A stretch of 61,115 bases of DNA from Patescibacteria group bacterium (GTDB lineage: Bacteria > Patescibacteriota > Minisyncoccia > Phycocordibacterales > UBA918). A program made the position numbers and the translations under genes. Every line of letters starts with the position of its first letter. Within the stretch, counting starts at the first letter, position 1. The DNA is taken from positions 1 to 61,115 of the forward strand of contig JAIEOU010000004.1 in the NCBI GenBank assembly GCA_019750255.1, in the 5' to 3' direction. Shown here piece by piece: positions 18,494-29,014 of this stretch. Under the pieces are notes generated by a model. It was not told the origin of the DNA and did not search any database. It was given only the letters and a program-made list of their open reading frames with translations.

Positions 18494-21400
18494 TTACTGC
18501 ACTGCCAACTGATCAAGCTTCTTCTTTTCCGCACGATAATAGAGAACCGGTACGAGTACCAGGGTAAGAATCATGGCAAAGGTAAGACCAAACATAATGG
18601 CAAACGCGAGCGGACTCCAGAAGTCCGAGATGGTTGAGAGCGGTATCATACCGACCACGGTCGTAATGGTGGTGAGCATAATTGGCCGGAATCGCGACAC
18701 CGCTGCGTCGGCAACCCGATCTAGCAAGGAAGGGTCTGTGCCTTCCGACGCCTTATGTGTAATCATCGAATCCATAAGAATAATTGCGTGATTGATGATA
18801 ACGCCAGCGAGCGCAATTACACCGAGGAGTGAAGTGAAGGAGAGAGCGAGCCCAGTAGCAGCCAGTCCAAAGAAGACACCAATCAGGGAGTAGGGAACGA
18901 TAAGAAGGAGGTAGAGTGAGTACCGAATTGAATTGAACGAGAGCACCAAGATGGCAAGCATAAGAAGTAGCCCCACCACGAGCGCAATGAACATTTCAGT
19001 AAATGACTGATTTACATTTTCTGCCTCACCACCGTAGGACACCTCCACGCCGGACGGGAGCTCCAGTTCTCCAGCTCGCTTCTTGAATTCACTCACGACT
19101 TCACCCGCAGCCACTCCTTCAGCAGTAAAGGCCTGCACAGTGACCTGCCGCTCTTCATCTTCACGATTGATGGCTGCACTAGCGGGAGCGAGTGACTCAG
19201 AAATTACACTGCTAAGCGGAACGCTGTTGCCCGAAAATGAGGTGACCGATAAGTTCCGCAGAGCGTCGATAGAAATTTTTGGCGTAGCTGATGTATCGGT
19301 ACTGGTTTTATCAACGCCCAGACGTACCACCACATCAATATCCTCACCATTCTGATTAAGTGTGGTTGCCTCAACACCAAACACTGCAGTACGAAGTACT
19401 CCACCAACGGCGGCTGGTGACACACCAAGCGCACTAGCCTTGGCCTTGTCGACAGTGAGTACATATTCAGTGGCGTTACTCTTGCTGCTTGCCTCGACGT
19501 CACGTGTTCCCTCAATATCTCGCAAAAGTGCTTCTGACCGATCAGACACAATCAGGAGATCGGCCAGATTATCACCGCTGAGTTTTATGAACACGGGGGC
19601 TCCAGTCGGTGGACCGTTTTGCTGTTCGGTAATAGTAACGGTACCACCTGCAATTGTTTTAAAGTCTTCACGCAAGGTTGCGGCTAAATCAATACTTGAT
19701 TCTTCGCGATCATCCTTGAGTGCAACGGTGATGTTGGCAAACCGTCCGCCAGCATCGGTACTGCCAGTAAAGGCTGAACCAGAACCTGCAGTGGTGGTGA
19801 ACGACTCAATGTAGTCCTTTTCGTAGAGGACTTCTTCAACCGCACGGACCACGAGGTCGGTTTCAGTCACCGGGGTACCCTGGACGGTTTCGATTTCAAT
19901 GTAAATTGAATCAACGTCCTCAGGGGGAAAGAAGATGACCTTAAGGGCACCAGTCACCGGAAGAGTAAAGGCCAAAATAAGGCCAATAAACATACTCCAC
20001 AAAAGAACACGCTGCTTTGTTTTGCTCTCGAGGAAATTGACGAGCTTAGCGCGGTACCACACCTGGGCTTTAACGTTGTACTCCTCCTGAATACGCTCAA
20101 AGCGATTTGAGTGCGTGTTGCTCGTGAGGTAGATCGCAATCAGCGGCACGAGGCCAAGTGCTACGAAAATTGATGCCAAGAGCACGAAGATGATCGTAAA
20201 GGGAATCGAAGCAATGAACTCACCAGTCACTCCCGAGAGGAAGAAGAGGGGAGCGAATACAGCAATCGTGGTCATCGTTCCGGCTATAAGAGGCCAGGCG
20301 TACTCACGAATTGATTTCTCAGCAGCGTCCATAGCATTGCCAGTCTTTCGTAAGCGAGTGTGAATCGCTTCAGTCACCACAATCCCCGAGTCTACGAGAA
20401 TACCCACCGAAAGAATGAGGGCAAAGAGAGAAATGAAGTTAATAGTATTGCCCGATGCGTAAAGCCCAATAAAGGCAATCACAAATGAAAGCGGAATTGA
20501 AAGTGCCGCCACAAGAGATTCACGCCAGCCAATCGTGAGAAGGAGACAGAGACACACGAGCAGCACGGTTTCTAGACCGGCCTTAATGAGTTCGCTCAAA
20601 TCCTTACGCACCTGTTCTCCCTGGTCGAAGACGACGAGTACCTGTGAGTCAGACAGCAACGCGCCGTCGGCCTGCAGTTCGGCCAATTTATCAAGTACTC
20701 GTTCTGTTACTACAGTTACGTCCGTACCGGCCTTTTTGAAGACCGAAACAGTAAGGGACGCCTCGGACGGCACACCGTCTACCGACACCCGAGATATTGA
20801 TGATTCTTTACTCACCGTATCAGACACGGTCGCCACATCACGGACGTACACGGTCTGTCCCGTTTGTGACCGAATCGGTGTATTCTCAATGTCTTCTACG
20901 GTTGAAAGTTCACCCGCAAACCGTACTGCGTATTCAATACCGGCAGTTGAGATGGTACCGACGGGGACATTAAGATTGGCCTGACCCAGTGCAGCAGTAA
21001 TATCGGAGACTCCAATACCAAAGGCGGTAAGTGCCTCCTCTTTCACCAACACCTGGATTTGACGTTCACGGGTACCCGATATCTGGACGTCAGAAACACC
21101 ATTAATACCAGCAAATTCATCCTTAATCTCTTCGCCAAGGGCGGTAAAGGCCGCTGGTGAGAGATTGGCAGAAATAGCAATAATGTTGATCGGCTGGTTC
21201 GAGAAGTCTACTTCGGTAACAAACGGATCGTTAGCGTCAGAAGGAAGTTCACTCTTGGCTCCGTCAACCGCATCACGAAGCTTCTGGATTGACTCATCAA
21301 TATCGGCACTTGCCGCAAACTCAACGTTAATCGTTGAAACGTCGTCACGAGAAGTTGAAGTAAGCGACTCAATGTCATCAAGATTAGCAATTGCTTCTTC

Positions 21401-21604
21401 GAGCTTTATAGTGATGAGTTCTTCCATGTCCGCTGCCGAGGCACCCGGATAGACGGTCGAAACTACTCCGACAGGAACAATTACTTCCGGAAAGGATTCC
21501 TTAGGAATAATGAGTACCGCATAAATACCCAAGCCCACGAGCGTGAGCATGAGGAGCACGCTAAATTCGCGTTTCCGAAGAAAAAATAGCCAAAGGGAGT
21601 GCAT
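18494..21604 (-). CDS. RND-family efflux transporter permease (AcrB/AcrD/AcrF family)
   Basis: 1036 aa with 12-TM/2-large-loop architecture and typical N-terminal and TM4/TM10 regions. Confidence 0.9.
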   Translation of the reverse strand: MHSLWLFFLRKREFSVLLMLTLVGLGIYAVLIIPKESFPEVIVPVGVVSTVYPGASAADMEELITIKLEEAIANLDDIESLTSTSRDDVSTINVEFAASADIDESIQKLRDAVDGAKSELPSDANDPFVTEVDFSNQPINIIAISANLSPAAFTALGEEIKDEFAGINGVSDVQISGTRERQIQVLVKEEALTAFGIGVSDITAALGQANLNVPVGTISTAGIEYAVRFAGELSTVEDIENTPIRSQTGQTVYVRDVATVSDTVSKESSISRVSVDGVPSEASLTVSVFKKAGTDVTVVTERVLDKLAELQADGALLSDSQVLVVFDQGEQVRKDLSELIKAGLETVLLVCLCLLLTIGWRESLVAALSIPLSFVIAFIGLYASGNTINFISLFALILSVGILVDSGIVVTEAIHTRLRKTGNAMDAAEKSIREYAWPLIAGTMTTIAVFAPLFFLSGVTGEFIASIPFTIIFVLLASIFVALGLVPLIAIYLTSNTHSNRFERIQEEYNVKAQVWYRAKLVNFLESKTKQRVLLWSMFIGLILAFTLPVTGALKVIFFPPEDVDSIYIEIETVQGTPVTETDLVVRAVEEVLYEKDYIESFTTTAGSGSAFTGSTDAGGRFANITVALKDDREESSIDLAATLREDFKTIAGGTVTITEQQNGPPTGAPVFIKLSGDNLADLLIVSDRSEALLRDIEGTRDVEASSKSNATEYVLTVDKAKASALGVSPAAVGGVLRTAVFGVEATTLNQNGEDIDVVVRLGVDKTSTDTSATPKISIDALRNLSVTSFSGNSVPLSSVISESLAPASAAINREDEERQVTVQAFTAEGVAAGEVVSEFKKRAGELELPSGVEVSYGGEAENVNQSFTEMFIALVVGLLLMLAILVLSFNSIRYSLYLLLIVPYSLIGVFFGLAATGLALSFTSLLGVIALAGVIINHAIILMDSMITHKASEGTDPSLLDRVADAAVSRFRPIMLTTITTVVGMIPLSTISDFWSPLAFAIMFGLTFAMILTLVLVPVLYYRAEKKKLDQLAVQ

Positions 21605-21607
21605 ATA

Positions 21608-23143
21608 CTAGTTTGTTACGACGTTTACTTCTTCACCTTCCTTAAGCCCACGCGCATCCACTACAATTACTGAATCCATGGTTAAGCCCGTTTCGACAAT
21701 CACGCGTTCGCCACTGATGGCACCGAGCGTTACCGAGCCGAGAGTCAGCTTTCGTTCATCATTCACCGTAAACACTACCGGCCCACTACCAGTCATCTTG
21801 ATGGCAGAGAGAGGGATAGAGATAACATTTGATTCGGCTGAAGCTGATTTTTTGCTAAAGGTGAGGCTTACAGTTGAGCCGTTACTCAGACTTGCCGCAT
21901 CATCCACACTGACCTTTACGGCTACGCGTCCTGTCGTTGGATCAATTGCGCCACCAATAGCAGTGATTGTCCCGCTTGCAGTCTCATCGATTGTTACCAC
22001 GTCGCCAACCGCTAATGCGGCAGCATCTGATTCGTTTACATCTGTCCTAATTTCAAGACCGTTGTTGTTGGCGACAATTGCCGCCGGCTGCGCTGGAGAA
22101 ACGTACTCACCGGTCTTTAAGTAAAGTGCGTTAACGACACCTGTAATTGGAGTACGCACCAATGTCTTTTCGTAAGCAGCTTGAGCAGCCCGTAGTGAAC
22201 CCAGAGCAATTTTTACTTGAGCATCTGCCAGAGATACCGAACCACCACTACCGGCGATTTCTGAGCGGAGCGCTGCTTCTTCGGCCGAGGTGAGAGCAGC
22301 GCGTGCAGACTGGATACTACGCAGGGTACCATTAAGTTCCGAACTTTTAGCAAGCAGGGCAGGGGCTAAGCTCGTGACCGGTACACCGGCAAGAAATTTA
22401 TTGCCTTGTGAATCTCGCGTTATGGCAGCAAAGCTATCAACAAAAGCAATTGTTCGGATCACGTTACGCTCGGCTTCATCAAGCTTTGCGGTCACATTGT
22501 CTGGAGTAGCGCCATCGACACTAGTCTTCCATGTGGTCATGAGTGGCTGAAAAGCCACTCGTTCAGCGTTGAGCACACTGGCATTTCCATCTATGCGGAG
22601 CCCCGGAACAAATCCGTCAGGTTCAGAAAAAAATTGGTCGATAGAGGTAATGAGGGCAGTGTTGCTATCGGTATAGGCATCGCGGACGACCGCTACCGCA
22701 GCGTCCTTACTGTTTTTAAGAGCACTCGCAGCATCGCGAGAACCGCTATTTCCCTGCACAGCTCCGGCAACCGCTGCTTCGTAGGCGCCTTCTGCCTGAA
22801 GAAGGGAAGCGCGCTCTGAAGCATTCTCGATCGTGGCAATCACCTGTCCAGCCCGGACAGTGTTACCAATCTGCGCAGTAACTGCAGTTACCCGACCAGC
22901 ACTTTCGGCTTGCAGACGGGCTTCTGACATCGCCGATACGGTACCCACGGCTGAAAAATCATCAGAGCCAGCCAGGTTTCGTACGGTACTCACGGTTACA
23001 TTTGGTACCGAAACAATCGTTTCCTCTGGCGCGGCGTCATCCCTAAGAAACACAAAGGCAACTAGTGCGGTCAAAAGCACTGCGGCGGCCATGCGGGTCA
23101 CGAAGCGGTTTCTTTTATAGAAGGCGACAAGTTTTTTTAACAT
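21608..23143 (-). CDS. efflux RND periplasmic adaptor (HlyD/MFP family), long form
   Basis: N-terminal anchor, an Ala-rich coiled-coil hairpin, and lipoyl/beta-barrel motifs (VRAGQVIATIE..., ITGVVN..GEYV). Stops 3 nt before the RND start. Confidence 0.75.
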   Translation of the reverse strand: MLKKLVAFYKRNRFVTRMAAAVLLTALVAFVFLRDDAAPEETIVSVPNVTVSTVRNLAGSDDFSAVGTVSAMSEARLQAESAGRVTAVTAQIGNTVRAGQVIATIENASERASLLQAEGAYEAAVAGAVQGNSGSRDAASALKNSKDAAVAVVRDAYTDSNTALITSIDQFFSEPDGFVPGLRIDGNASVLNAERVAFQPLMTTWKTSVDGATPDNVTAKLDEAERNVIRTIAFVDSFAAITRDSQGNKFLAGVPVTSLAPALLAKSSELNGTLRSIQSARAALTSAEEAALRSEIAGSGGSVSLADAQVKIALGSLRAAQAAYEKTLVRTPITGVVNALYLKTGEYVSPAQPAAIVANNNGLEIRTDVNESDAAALAVGDVVTIDETASGTITAIGGAIDPTTGRVAVKVSVDDAASLSNGSTVSLTFSKKSASAESNVISIPLSAIKMTGSGPVVFTVNDERKLTLGSVTLGAISGERVIVETGLTMDSVIVVDARGLKEGEEVNVVTN

Positions 23144-23318
23144 TGCTCAGAAATTAAATTAATGGCCATTTATATCACAAAATGAGCTACATGTAAAGCC
23201 TCTGGAAATTTGTACGGACTCGGAAATGATACGCAAATAATGGCTATTCCTTACAATTCAGCCGTTTCCCCCTCTAATTGTTTACGAACCCCGCCGACCT
23301 CTGTACAATATCGCCACT

Positions 23319-23633
23319 ATGTTTGGAAAATTGAAACAATTTGCCCTAAAGAAAGTTGTGCAGTCGCAAATGAAGAATGCCCCAGCTGATCAGCAGGAGA
23401 TGATTCTCGCCATGCTTGAGAAAGATCCGGCCATGTTTGAGAAGATCGCGAAGGAAATGCAGGAAGAACTGAAGAAAAACGGCAATAATCAAATGGCTGC
23501 CGCCATGAAGGTCTTACCCAAGTACCAAAAGGAAATCATGGGCGCTATGACTCCAGAGATGAAAGAAAAGCTTATGAAGATGCAAATGGGTACCCAGGGA
23601 CAGTTCAACCCAGACGGTTCGATTCGCCGCTAA
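23319..23633 (+). CDS. small Lys/Met/Glu-rich hypothetical protein
   Basis: 104-aa helical, low-complexity ORF. Confidence 0.35.
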   Translation: MFGKLKQFALKKVVQSQMKNAPADQQEMILAMLEKDPAMFEKIAKEMQEELKKNGNNQMAAAMKVLPKYQKEIMGAMTPEMKEKLMKMQMGTQGQFNPDGSIRR

Positions 23634-23815
23634 CTAAATTTTAAGCTACTTTCGATCCCTCGTCCTTGCGAGCCCGCGGGCGCGGGTAAAACAGAGTTTT
23701 GTAACACAGCTCAGAATCACCGCCTCGTAACCCTAGGGTTCACCTACGTACACAACTTGACTATCAACAGGGGGCGGCACCGTAGGTGCAGCCCCTTCGC
23801 GTATACTTGGGCCAT

Positions 23816-24400
23816 ATGACAGCTCCAAAAAAAATCGTCGTTCTTTGTGGCCATCCTGATAAAGAGTCGTTCTCAGGTGCAATGGCTGACCATTACCAAG
23901 CTGGCGCGCAAGACGCCGGCCACGAAGTCCGCCGCTTCAACATTGGTGAACTAAACTTTGACCCAATTCTTCACAAAGGCTATAAAGAAATACAGCCACT
24001 GGAAGCTGACCTACACAATCTCCAAGAGAACTTTCGCTGGGCTGATCACATTGTGATTGTCTACCCGAATTGGTGGTGTACCATGCCGGCGATACTTAAG
24101 GGTCTTTTTGACCGCTTCTGGTTGCCTGGATTTGCCTTCAATTTCAACAAGCAAACCAAGAAGATTGACCAACACCTAAAGGGGAAGACCGGACGGGTAA
24201 TCATCCTCTCTGGTTCACACTCGCCGTTTAAGATGTGGTGGCTATTTGGTGACTACACCAATGAAATTCAGTACGGTATCCTTGAATTTGCTGGCATAAA
24301 AACAGAAGTATCTTCATACGGACCGTGTGAGCGAGTAGACGACGGTTGTCGGAACAAATGGCAAAAGGAAGTGGAGCGGATGGGAGCAAAAGCCAGCTAA
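23816..24400 (+). CDS. NAD(P)H:quinone oxidoreductase, flavodoxin-like fold (NQO1/KefF-like)
   Basis: KKIVVLCGHP.KESF..A......G......GHEV and WADHIVIVYPNWW..MPAILKG.FDR. Confidence 0.8.
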   Translation: MTAPKKIVVLCGHPDKESFSGAMADHYQAGAQDAGHEVRRFNIGELNFDPILHKGYKEIQPLEADLHNLQENFRWADHIVIVYPNWWCTMPAILKGLFDRFWLPGFAFNFNKQTKKIDQHLKGKTGRVIILSGSHSPFKMWWLFGDYTNEIQYGILEFAGIKTEVSSYGPCERVDDGCRNKWQKEVERMGAKAS

Positions 24401-24484
24401 AATACTCTGTCTAAGCAAGCTAGAAATGCTTGCTTTTTTAGTATATTTGTGATATAGTATTCGTAGAAATCAGAGGAGGGCCAC

Positions 24485-25009
24485 ATGGCCAAATTTGTTC
24501 ATTTCATGAGCCTACTTCTCTTCGTCATGGGCCTGTCAGCCTGTGTCAGTAGGGAAGAAATGACTGAGCTCCGCATCCAAAGCATGGAGCTGCAGGCGCG
24601 CGAAACTAACGCTCGCAATCGCCTCACCGCCGCCCAAGTGGCAGCGGCTCGTGCTGCCGGCCAAACCTGCACAGGGGCGACGGTTGTCGACTCAAACGCA
24701 TTTGCTGGTGTACCCTCGCAAGGGCGAGTCGTCTGCACCACGCCTGGTGTGGTCGTTCCCAATGAAGCGAGACTTCCGCAGAGTGCGCGTGCCGGTTGGG
24801 GTCATGGCGAATTCCGTCGCCCCTACAACAACGCCTACCAGTACCACTTCGGGGTCGGCAACACCTTGCCTCGCGGTTACTGGGGAGGCGGTAATCGTAC
24901 CCACCGCATCCCCGACTACGCCCCTTACGGCATCGCGCCCTACTGGGACGGCAGGGAATGGGTGTGTCGTAACCCCTGGAGCGGCAACTTTCGATGCCTG
25001 ATCCAATAG
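24485..25009 (+). CDS. putative lipoprotein
   Basis: Signal peptide with an LSAC lipobox. GGAGG RBS. The Gly/Trp/Tyr/Arg-rich C-terminus is loosely RcnB-like. GC-rich. Confidence 0.5.
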   Translation: MAKFVHFMSLLLFVMGLSACVSREEMTELRIQSMELQARETNARNRLTAAQVAAARAAGQTCTGATVVDSNAFAGVPSQGRVVCTTPGVVVPNEARLPQSARAGWGHGEFRRPYNNAYQYHFGVGNTLPRGYWGGGNRTHRIPDYAPYGIAPYWDGREWVCRNPWSGNFRCLIQ

Positions 25010-25022
25010 CCAAGTCGCAGAA

Positions 25023-25058
25023 GGTGTCGCTCGGAAATATCCTTTCCCGAGCGACACC
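25023..25058 (+). terminator. rho-independent terminator
   Basis: 12-bp perfect stem GGTGTCGCTCGG / CCGAGCGACACC, with a T-tract shortly after. Confidence 0.7.
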
Positions 25059-25118
25059 ACTATGCGGCTTTTTTCATCCAAAACATTTATTAGAATGAAT
25101 TGGTGATACACTGCATAC

Positions 25119-25517
25119 ATGAACACAACCTACACTTGGTACAGCACCCTCATTAAACCAGCCTGGGCGCCTCCATCGTGGCTGTTTGGTCCGGTATGGA
25201 CCGTTCTCTATGCCATTATCTTCGTTTCCTTTGGCTACGTTTTTTACAGAGTCTTCAAGGGTGAACTATCTTATTTAATAGCCCTCCCGTTCTTACTCAA
25301 TCTTGCTTTCAATGCTGCGTTTACGCCGCTACAGTTTGGTCTGCGCAGTAACGGACTGGCTGCACTGGATATTGTACTGGTCCTTATCACGCTCGTGTGG
25401 GCGCTTATTGTCATTTACCCGCACGCACCATGGGTTAGTTACGTAAACCTACCGTACTTAGCTTGGGTCTTGTTTGCGACAGCACTCCAGCTCACCATCA
25501 CCTATCTAAACTGGTAG
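25119..25517 (+). CDS. tspO: TspO/MBR family protein (short, apparently 4 TM)
   Basis: WYSTLIKPAWAPPSWLFGPVWTVLY and the following Trp-rich helices. Confidence 0.8.
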   Translation: MNTTYTWYSTLIKPAWAPPSWLFGPVWTVLYAIIFVSFGYVFYRVFKGELSYLIALPFLLNLAFNAAFTPLQFGLRSNGLAALDIVLVLITLVWALIVIYPHAPWVSYVNLPYLAWVLFATALQLTITYLNW

Positions 25518-25550
25518 GAGGGCAATCACCGAACGTGCTACCATACCACC

Positions 25551-26390
25551 ATGCCTAGTCATTCTTTTGGAAGAGAAATTGCCAATGTTGCGCTTAGAGT
25601 AGTGGCCGTTGTCTTGTGTTTCATTTTCATTCTCGGATTTGGAAACGCGTGGGTAGAAGAACAAACCGTAAGCGACGGCTGGTGCAACATCGCAGTGTTA
25701 CCAATTGAGGGAGTTATTGCTCCCTACGGTGATGTTTTCTCTGGTGAAATGGTTATTAATCCTGCCAGTGTGCGGAACTATTTAGAAATGGTTCAGAGCG
25801 GTCCGCTCATTGAGGGAGTCCTGTTTGAAATCAATTCTCCCGGCGGCACACCGGTAGCAGCTGAACAGATTGCCGAACTAATCGATACGTTAGACATTCT
25901 AACAGTTGGAGTGGTCGGGGACATGGGTGCCTCCGGGGGCTATCTGGTTGCTGCTGCCACGGATTTCCTAGTTGCCTCGCCAATGTCACAGGTCGGGTCA
26001 ATTGGCGTGACTATGTCATACCTCGAGCAAACGAAGCAAAATGAAGAGGAAGGACTTACCTTTGTAGAGCTCGCCGCTGGAAATCTTAAAGAAGCCGGGA
26101 ATCCAAACAAGGAACTCACCGAGGAAGAACGGGCCCGGTTTGAGAGAGATCTTGCTACCGTTCATGACGTATTTATTGACCACATTGCGAAGTACCGTGA
26201 TTTACCACGTGAAGATGTAGTAGCGGTCGCTGACGGCAGTGGCTACACCGGAAAAGATGCGCTTGAAAAACGCCTTGTTGACGCACTTGGTGGCCGCAGC
26301 GTCGCCTCTGCCTACTTTGCCGAAACCCTCCAGATGCCGATTGAAGACATTGCCTACTGCGAATACGTCGCCGAGGATTGGTGGTTATAA
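25551..26390 (+). CDS. sppA: signal peptide peptidase SppA, 36K type (S49)
   Basis: N-terminal anchor, GASGGY (catalytic Ser region) and GSIGV. Confidence 0.85.
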   Translation: MPSHSFGREIANVALRVVAVVLCFIFILGFGNAWVEEQTVSDGWCNIAVLPIEGVIAPYGDVFSGEMVINPASVRNYLEMVQSGPLIEGVLFEINSPGGTPVAAEQIAELIDTLDILTVGVVGDMGASGGYLVAAATDFLVASPMSQVGSIGVTMSYLEQTKQNEEEGLTFVELAAGNLKEAGNPNKELTEEERARFERDLATVHDVFIDHIAKYRDLPREDVVAVADGSGYTGKDALEKRLVDALGGRSVASAYFAETLQMPIEDIAYCEYVAEDWWL

Positions 26391-26449
26391 GACAGACCTG
26401 CAACGTAACTAGTCGTCCTGACGCATTTATAGCTACGAATATAAAAAGA

Positions 26450-26473
26450 ACGGGGCCGTGTTACCGGCCCCGT
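26450..26473. terminator. bidirectional terminator
   Basis: ACGGGGCCG / CGGCCCCGT stem between convergent genes. Confidence 0.65.
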
Positions 26474-26489
26474 GTATTTCCTTTCAGCT

Positions 26490-27773
26490 CTATTTCATTG
26501 TTACCCCAAGGAAATCCGCCCCTGCCATGAATACGCCATAGTAGTTCGCCAGCGTGAGCATCACTCCCAGAACTGCCACCATCGGTAGCACGAGCAGAGT
26601 GTACGCGACTGCTTCCTCCACATAGACTGCACTTTTTCTCGCACCCCAGAGTGAGATGACGCGTTGCATGTACGGCGGCAGGTCCTCATGCTCCAGTCGG
26701 CCGGTGAAGACTACGATCGCCACCAGTGACGAAAAGACGAAGAGTGGCGCGCCCGCCATAAGCATTGACAGCCCCACGTAGAAGTCGTGAAGGTTGTCGA
26801 CCGGGGGAGCCATCGCCCCAGCAAAGGGTGACGAAATCGCTGCACCAACGAACATTCCCCAACCTTGAAGATACGGTTCGACATAGGATGAAAGTCCAGA
26901 TCCCTGGACTGCCACCGCGGCCAGAATGAGCCCCAGAGCATTTTGCGCACCGCTCGTGAACTCATGCGCGGTGCGCTCGACGAGCTGCGTCGTCATGCTC
27001 CGCACGGCGGTATAGATACACAACACGCCGATGCACAGTACCGGTGAGTGGGTAACGATGATGAGCAGTAACCCGACCACGAACTCAGCCGCTGCCATTA
27101 CTTGAGAGCGATCCATCACTACCGGCTCCATCTTCACGGGATGAAACCGTGCGGTAATATACGCCAAGCATGCACAGGCCGGGGTAAGGACCAGCAGCAG
27201 CGGAAAGCCCACAAGCGGTTCGGCGAGGTTATTCGAGATGTACCACGGGAGCCCCCAAAGTTCACCTAGATAAAACCCACCGCCGACCGTAAGCGCGGCG
27301 AACGAAGCCGCCACTTTTACAAAGAACTGGTTGTACCGTTCACTCGAGCCGGGGAGCGGTAAGAATACAATGCCGGTTGCCAGCAGCAGTACGACAGCAA
27401 AGCTGTCGAACAGGAGACTGCTGTGTCCGGCGAACATAATCAGCCAGAATGTGCTCCAGAACGGAGAACGGTGCGCAAAGACAGGCATCCGGAGCCCAGC
27501 GTACGCAACCAGCATAGTCAAGTACAGGGCAACGAGCAGCGTCTCTACCACCGCAGTGGACGCAATCTTCTCTCCATGCCAGAGCGCCCGACCACCCCAA
27601 TAGGTGAGCGCGGCACCGAGCACGCTCCCCACGATTACCCCGTCCATTCCCAATACCCGTCGAGCATCTGGAGGGATCTGAACTTCTGAATCGTCTCGCA
27701 ATGGAACCTCCGCTTCTGTGTAGAACCAATATCGGCCCGGGCACAAGCCTACAACCTTTCCCAACAAACACAA
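26490..27773 (-). CDS. polytopic membrane protein, transporter-like, unassigned
   Basis: About 11-12 hydrophobic helices. GC-rich. The true start may be the internal MDGVIVG. Confidence 0.5.
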   Translation of the reverse strand: MCLLGKVVGLCPGRYWFYTEAEVPLRDDSEVQIPPDARRVLGMDGVIVGSVLGAALTYWGGRALWHGEKIASTAVVETLLVALYLTMLVAYAGLRMPVFAHRSPFWSTFWLIMFAGHSSLLFDSFAVVLLLATGIVFLPLPGSSERYNQFFVKVAASFAALTVGGGFYLGELWGLPWYISNNLAEPLVGFPLLLVLTPACACLAYITARFHPVKMEPVVMDRSQVMAAAEFVVGLLLIIVTHSPVLCIGVLCIYTAVRSMTTQLVERTAHEFTSGAQNALGLILAAVAVQGSGLSSYVEPYLQGWGMFVGAAISSPFAGAMAPPVDNLHDFYVGLSMLMAGAPLFVFSSLVAIVVFTGRLEHEDLPPYMQRVISLWGARKSAVYVEEAVAYTLLVLPMVAVLGVMLTLANYYGVFMAGADFLGVTMK

Positions 27774-27916
27774 GGTATCTCAAGACCAAACTTCTTCATC
27801 TGCATACCGATTAGTAAGAGGACGATGATGTAATCCCTTTTGACGAAGCTCCAGCTTGCACAAAACGGTGCCGGAATACCTACTATTTTGTACGCTCTAT
27901 GATATAGTTCCACACT

Positions 27917-29014
27917 ATGAGTCTATCTGTCGGCATCGTTGGTCTCCCAAACGTTGGGAAATCAACCCTTTTTACCGCCCTTACCAAAAAAGAAGTACTA
28001 ATTGCTAACTATCCGTTTGCCACCATCGACCCATCGGTCGGCGTGGTCGCTTTGCCTGACTCCCGCCTTGATACCCTATCTGCGATTTCGAATTCCCAAA
28101 AAATTCTGCCCGCAGTCGTTGAGTTTGTTGATATTGCCGGCCTCGTGAAGGGTGCCTCAGATGGTGAGGGTCTTGGTAACAAGTTTCTCGCTAACATTCG
28201 TGAGACCAACATGATTGCCGAAGTGGTACGTATCTTCGAAGACGGTGACATTCACCACGTTTCTGGCGCCATTGATCCGATGGGCGATATTGAAGTGATT
28301 AACCTTGAACTCATCCTGTCTGACGCCGAAACGGTAGGGAAGCGCCGCGGTAATGTCGAGCGCGATGTAAAGCGTGGAGATAAGGACGCTCAGATTGAAT
28401 TTGATGTCCTTACCCGCCTACTTGCACACCTCGAAGCTGGCCAGCTCGCCAACAGCTTGCCTATTAACGAAAAGGAGGAAGGGTTGGTGCGTCAGCTCCA
28501 CCTCCTCACAATGAAGCCATTCCTCTACGTGTGTAACCGCAAGCAAGGTGCCTTTAACCTCGATGAGCAAAATGACGAACGCTGGCAAGAACTCCTCGCA
28601 TTTTTTGAATCAACCGGTAGCGAGTACGTGCTCGTTGATGCCGGCATGGAGCATGAGCTCATGGACCTGTCTGATGAGGAGAAAAATGATTTCCGCCGCG
28701 AGTATGGCGCACAGGGGAGTGGCGTAGAATCACTTATCCGCGCTTGTTACCATCGCCTCGGCCTTATCTCCTACTTCACGACCGGCGAAAAGGAAACGCG
28801 TGCCTGGACCGTTCCAAAGGGTAGTACTGGCCCCAAAGCCGCAGCTGCTATACATACCGACTTTGAAAAGAAATACATTCGCGCACAAGTCGTGACCTTT
28901 AAAGATCTCGTAGAAGCAGGCTCGATAGCGAAAGCGAGAGAGACTGGCAAGCTGCGCACCGAAGGCAAGGAGTATGTCGTACAGGATGGTGACGTGATTG
29001 AGTTTTTAATCTAA
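27917..29014 (+). CDS. ychF: redox-regulated ATPase YchF
   Basis: GIVGLPNVGKSTLF, DIAGLV.GAS.GEGLGN.FL, and a TGS-like C-terminus (DGD.I.F). Confidence 0.95.
   Translation: MSLSVGIVGLPNVGKSTLFTALTKKEVLIANYPFATIDPSVGVVALPDSRLDTLSAISNSQKILPAVVEFVDIAGLVKGASDGEGLGNKFLANIRETNMIAEVVRIFEDGDIHHVSGAIDPMGDIEVINLELILSDAETVGKRRGNVERDVKRGDKDAQIEFDVLTRLLAHLEAGQLANSLPINEKEEGLVRQLHLLTMKPFLYVCNRKQGAFNLDEQNDERWQELLAFFESTGSEYVLVDAGMEHELMDLSDEEKNDFRREYGAQGSGVESLIRACYHRLGLISYFTTGEKETRAWTVPKGSTGPKAAAAIHTDFEKKYIRAQVVTFKDLVEAGSIAKARETGKLRTEGKEYVVQDGDVIEFLI

Noticed and set aside
24499-25126. Cluster of overlapping ORFs on both strands around the lipoprotein gene
   Set aside because: The local segment is GC-rich, which keeps several frames open. 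Only the + strand ORF has an RBS, a signal peptide with a lipobox, and a terminator.
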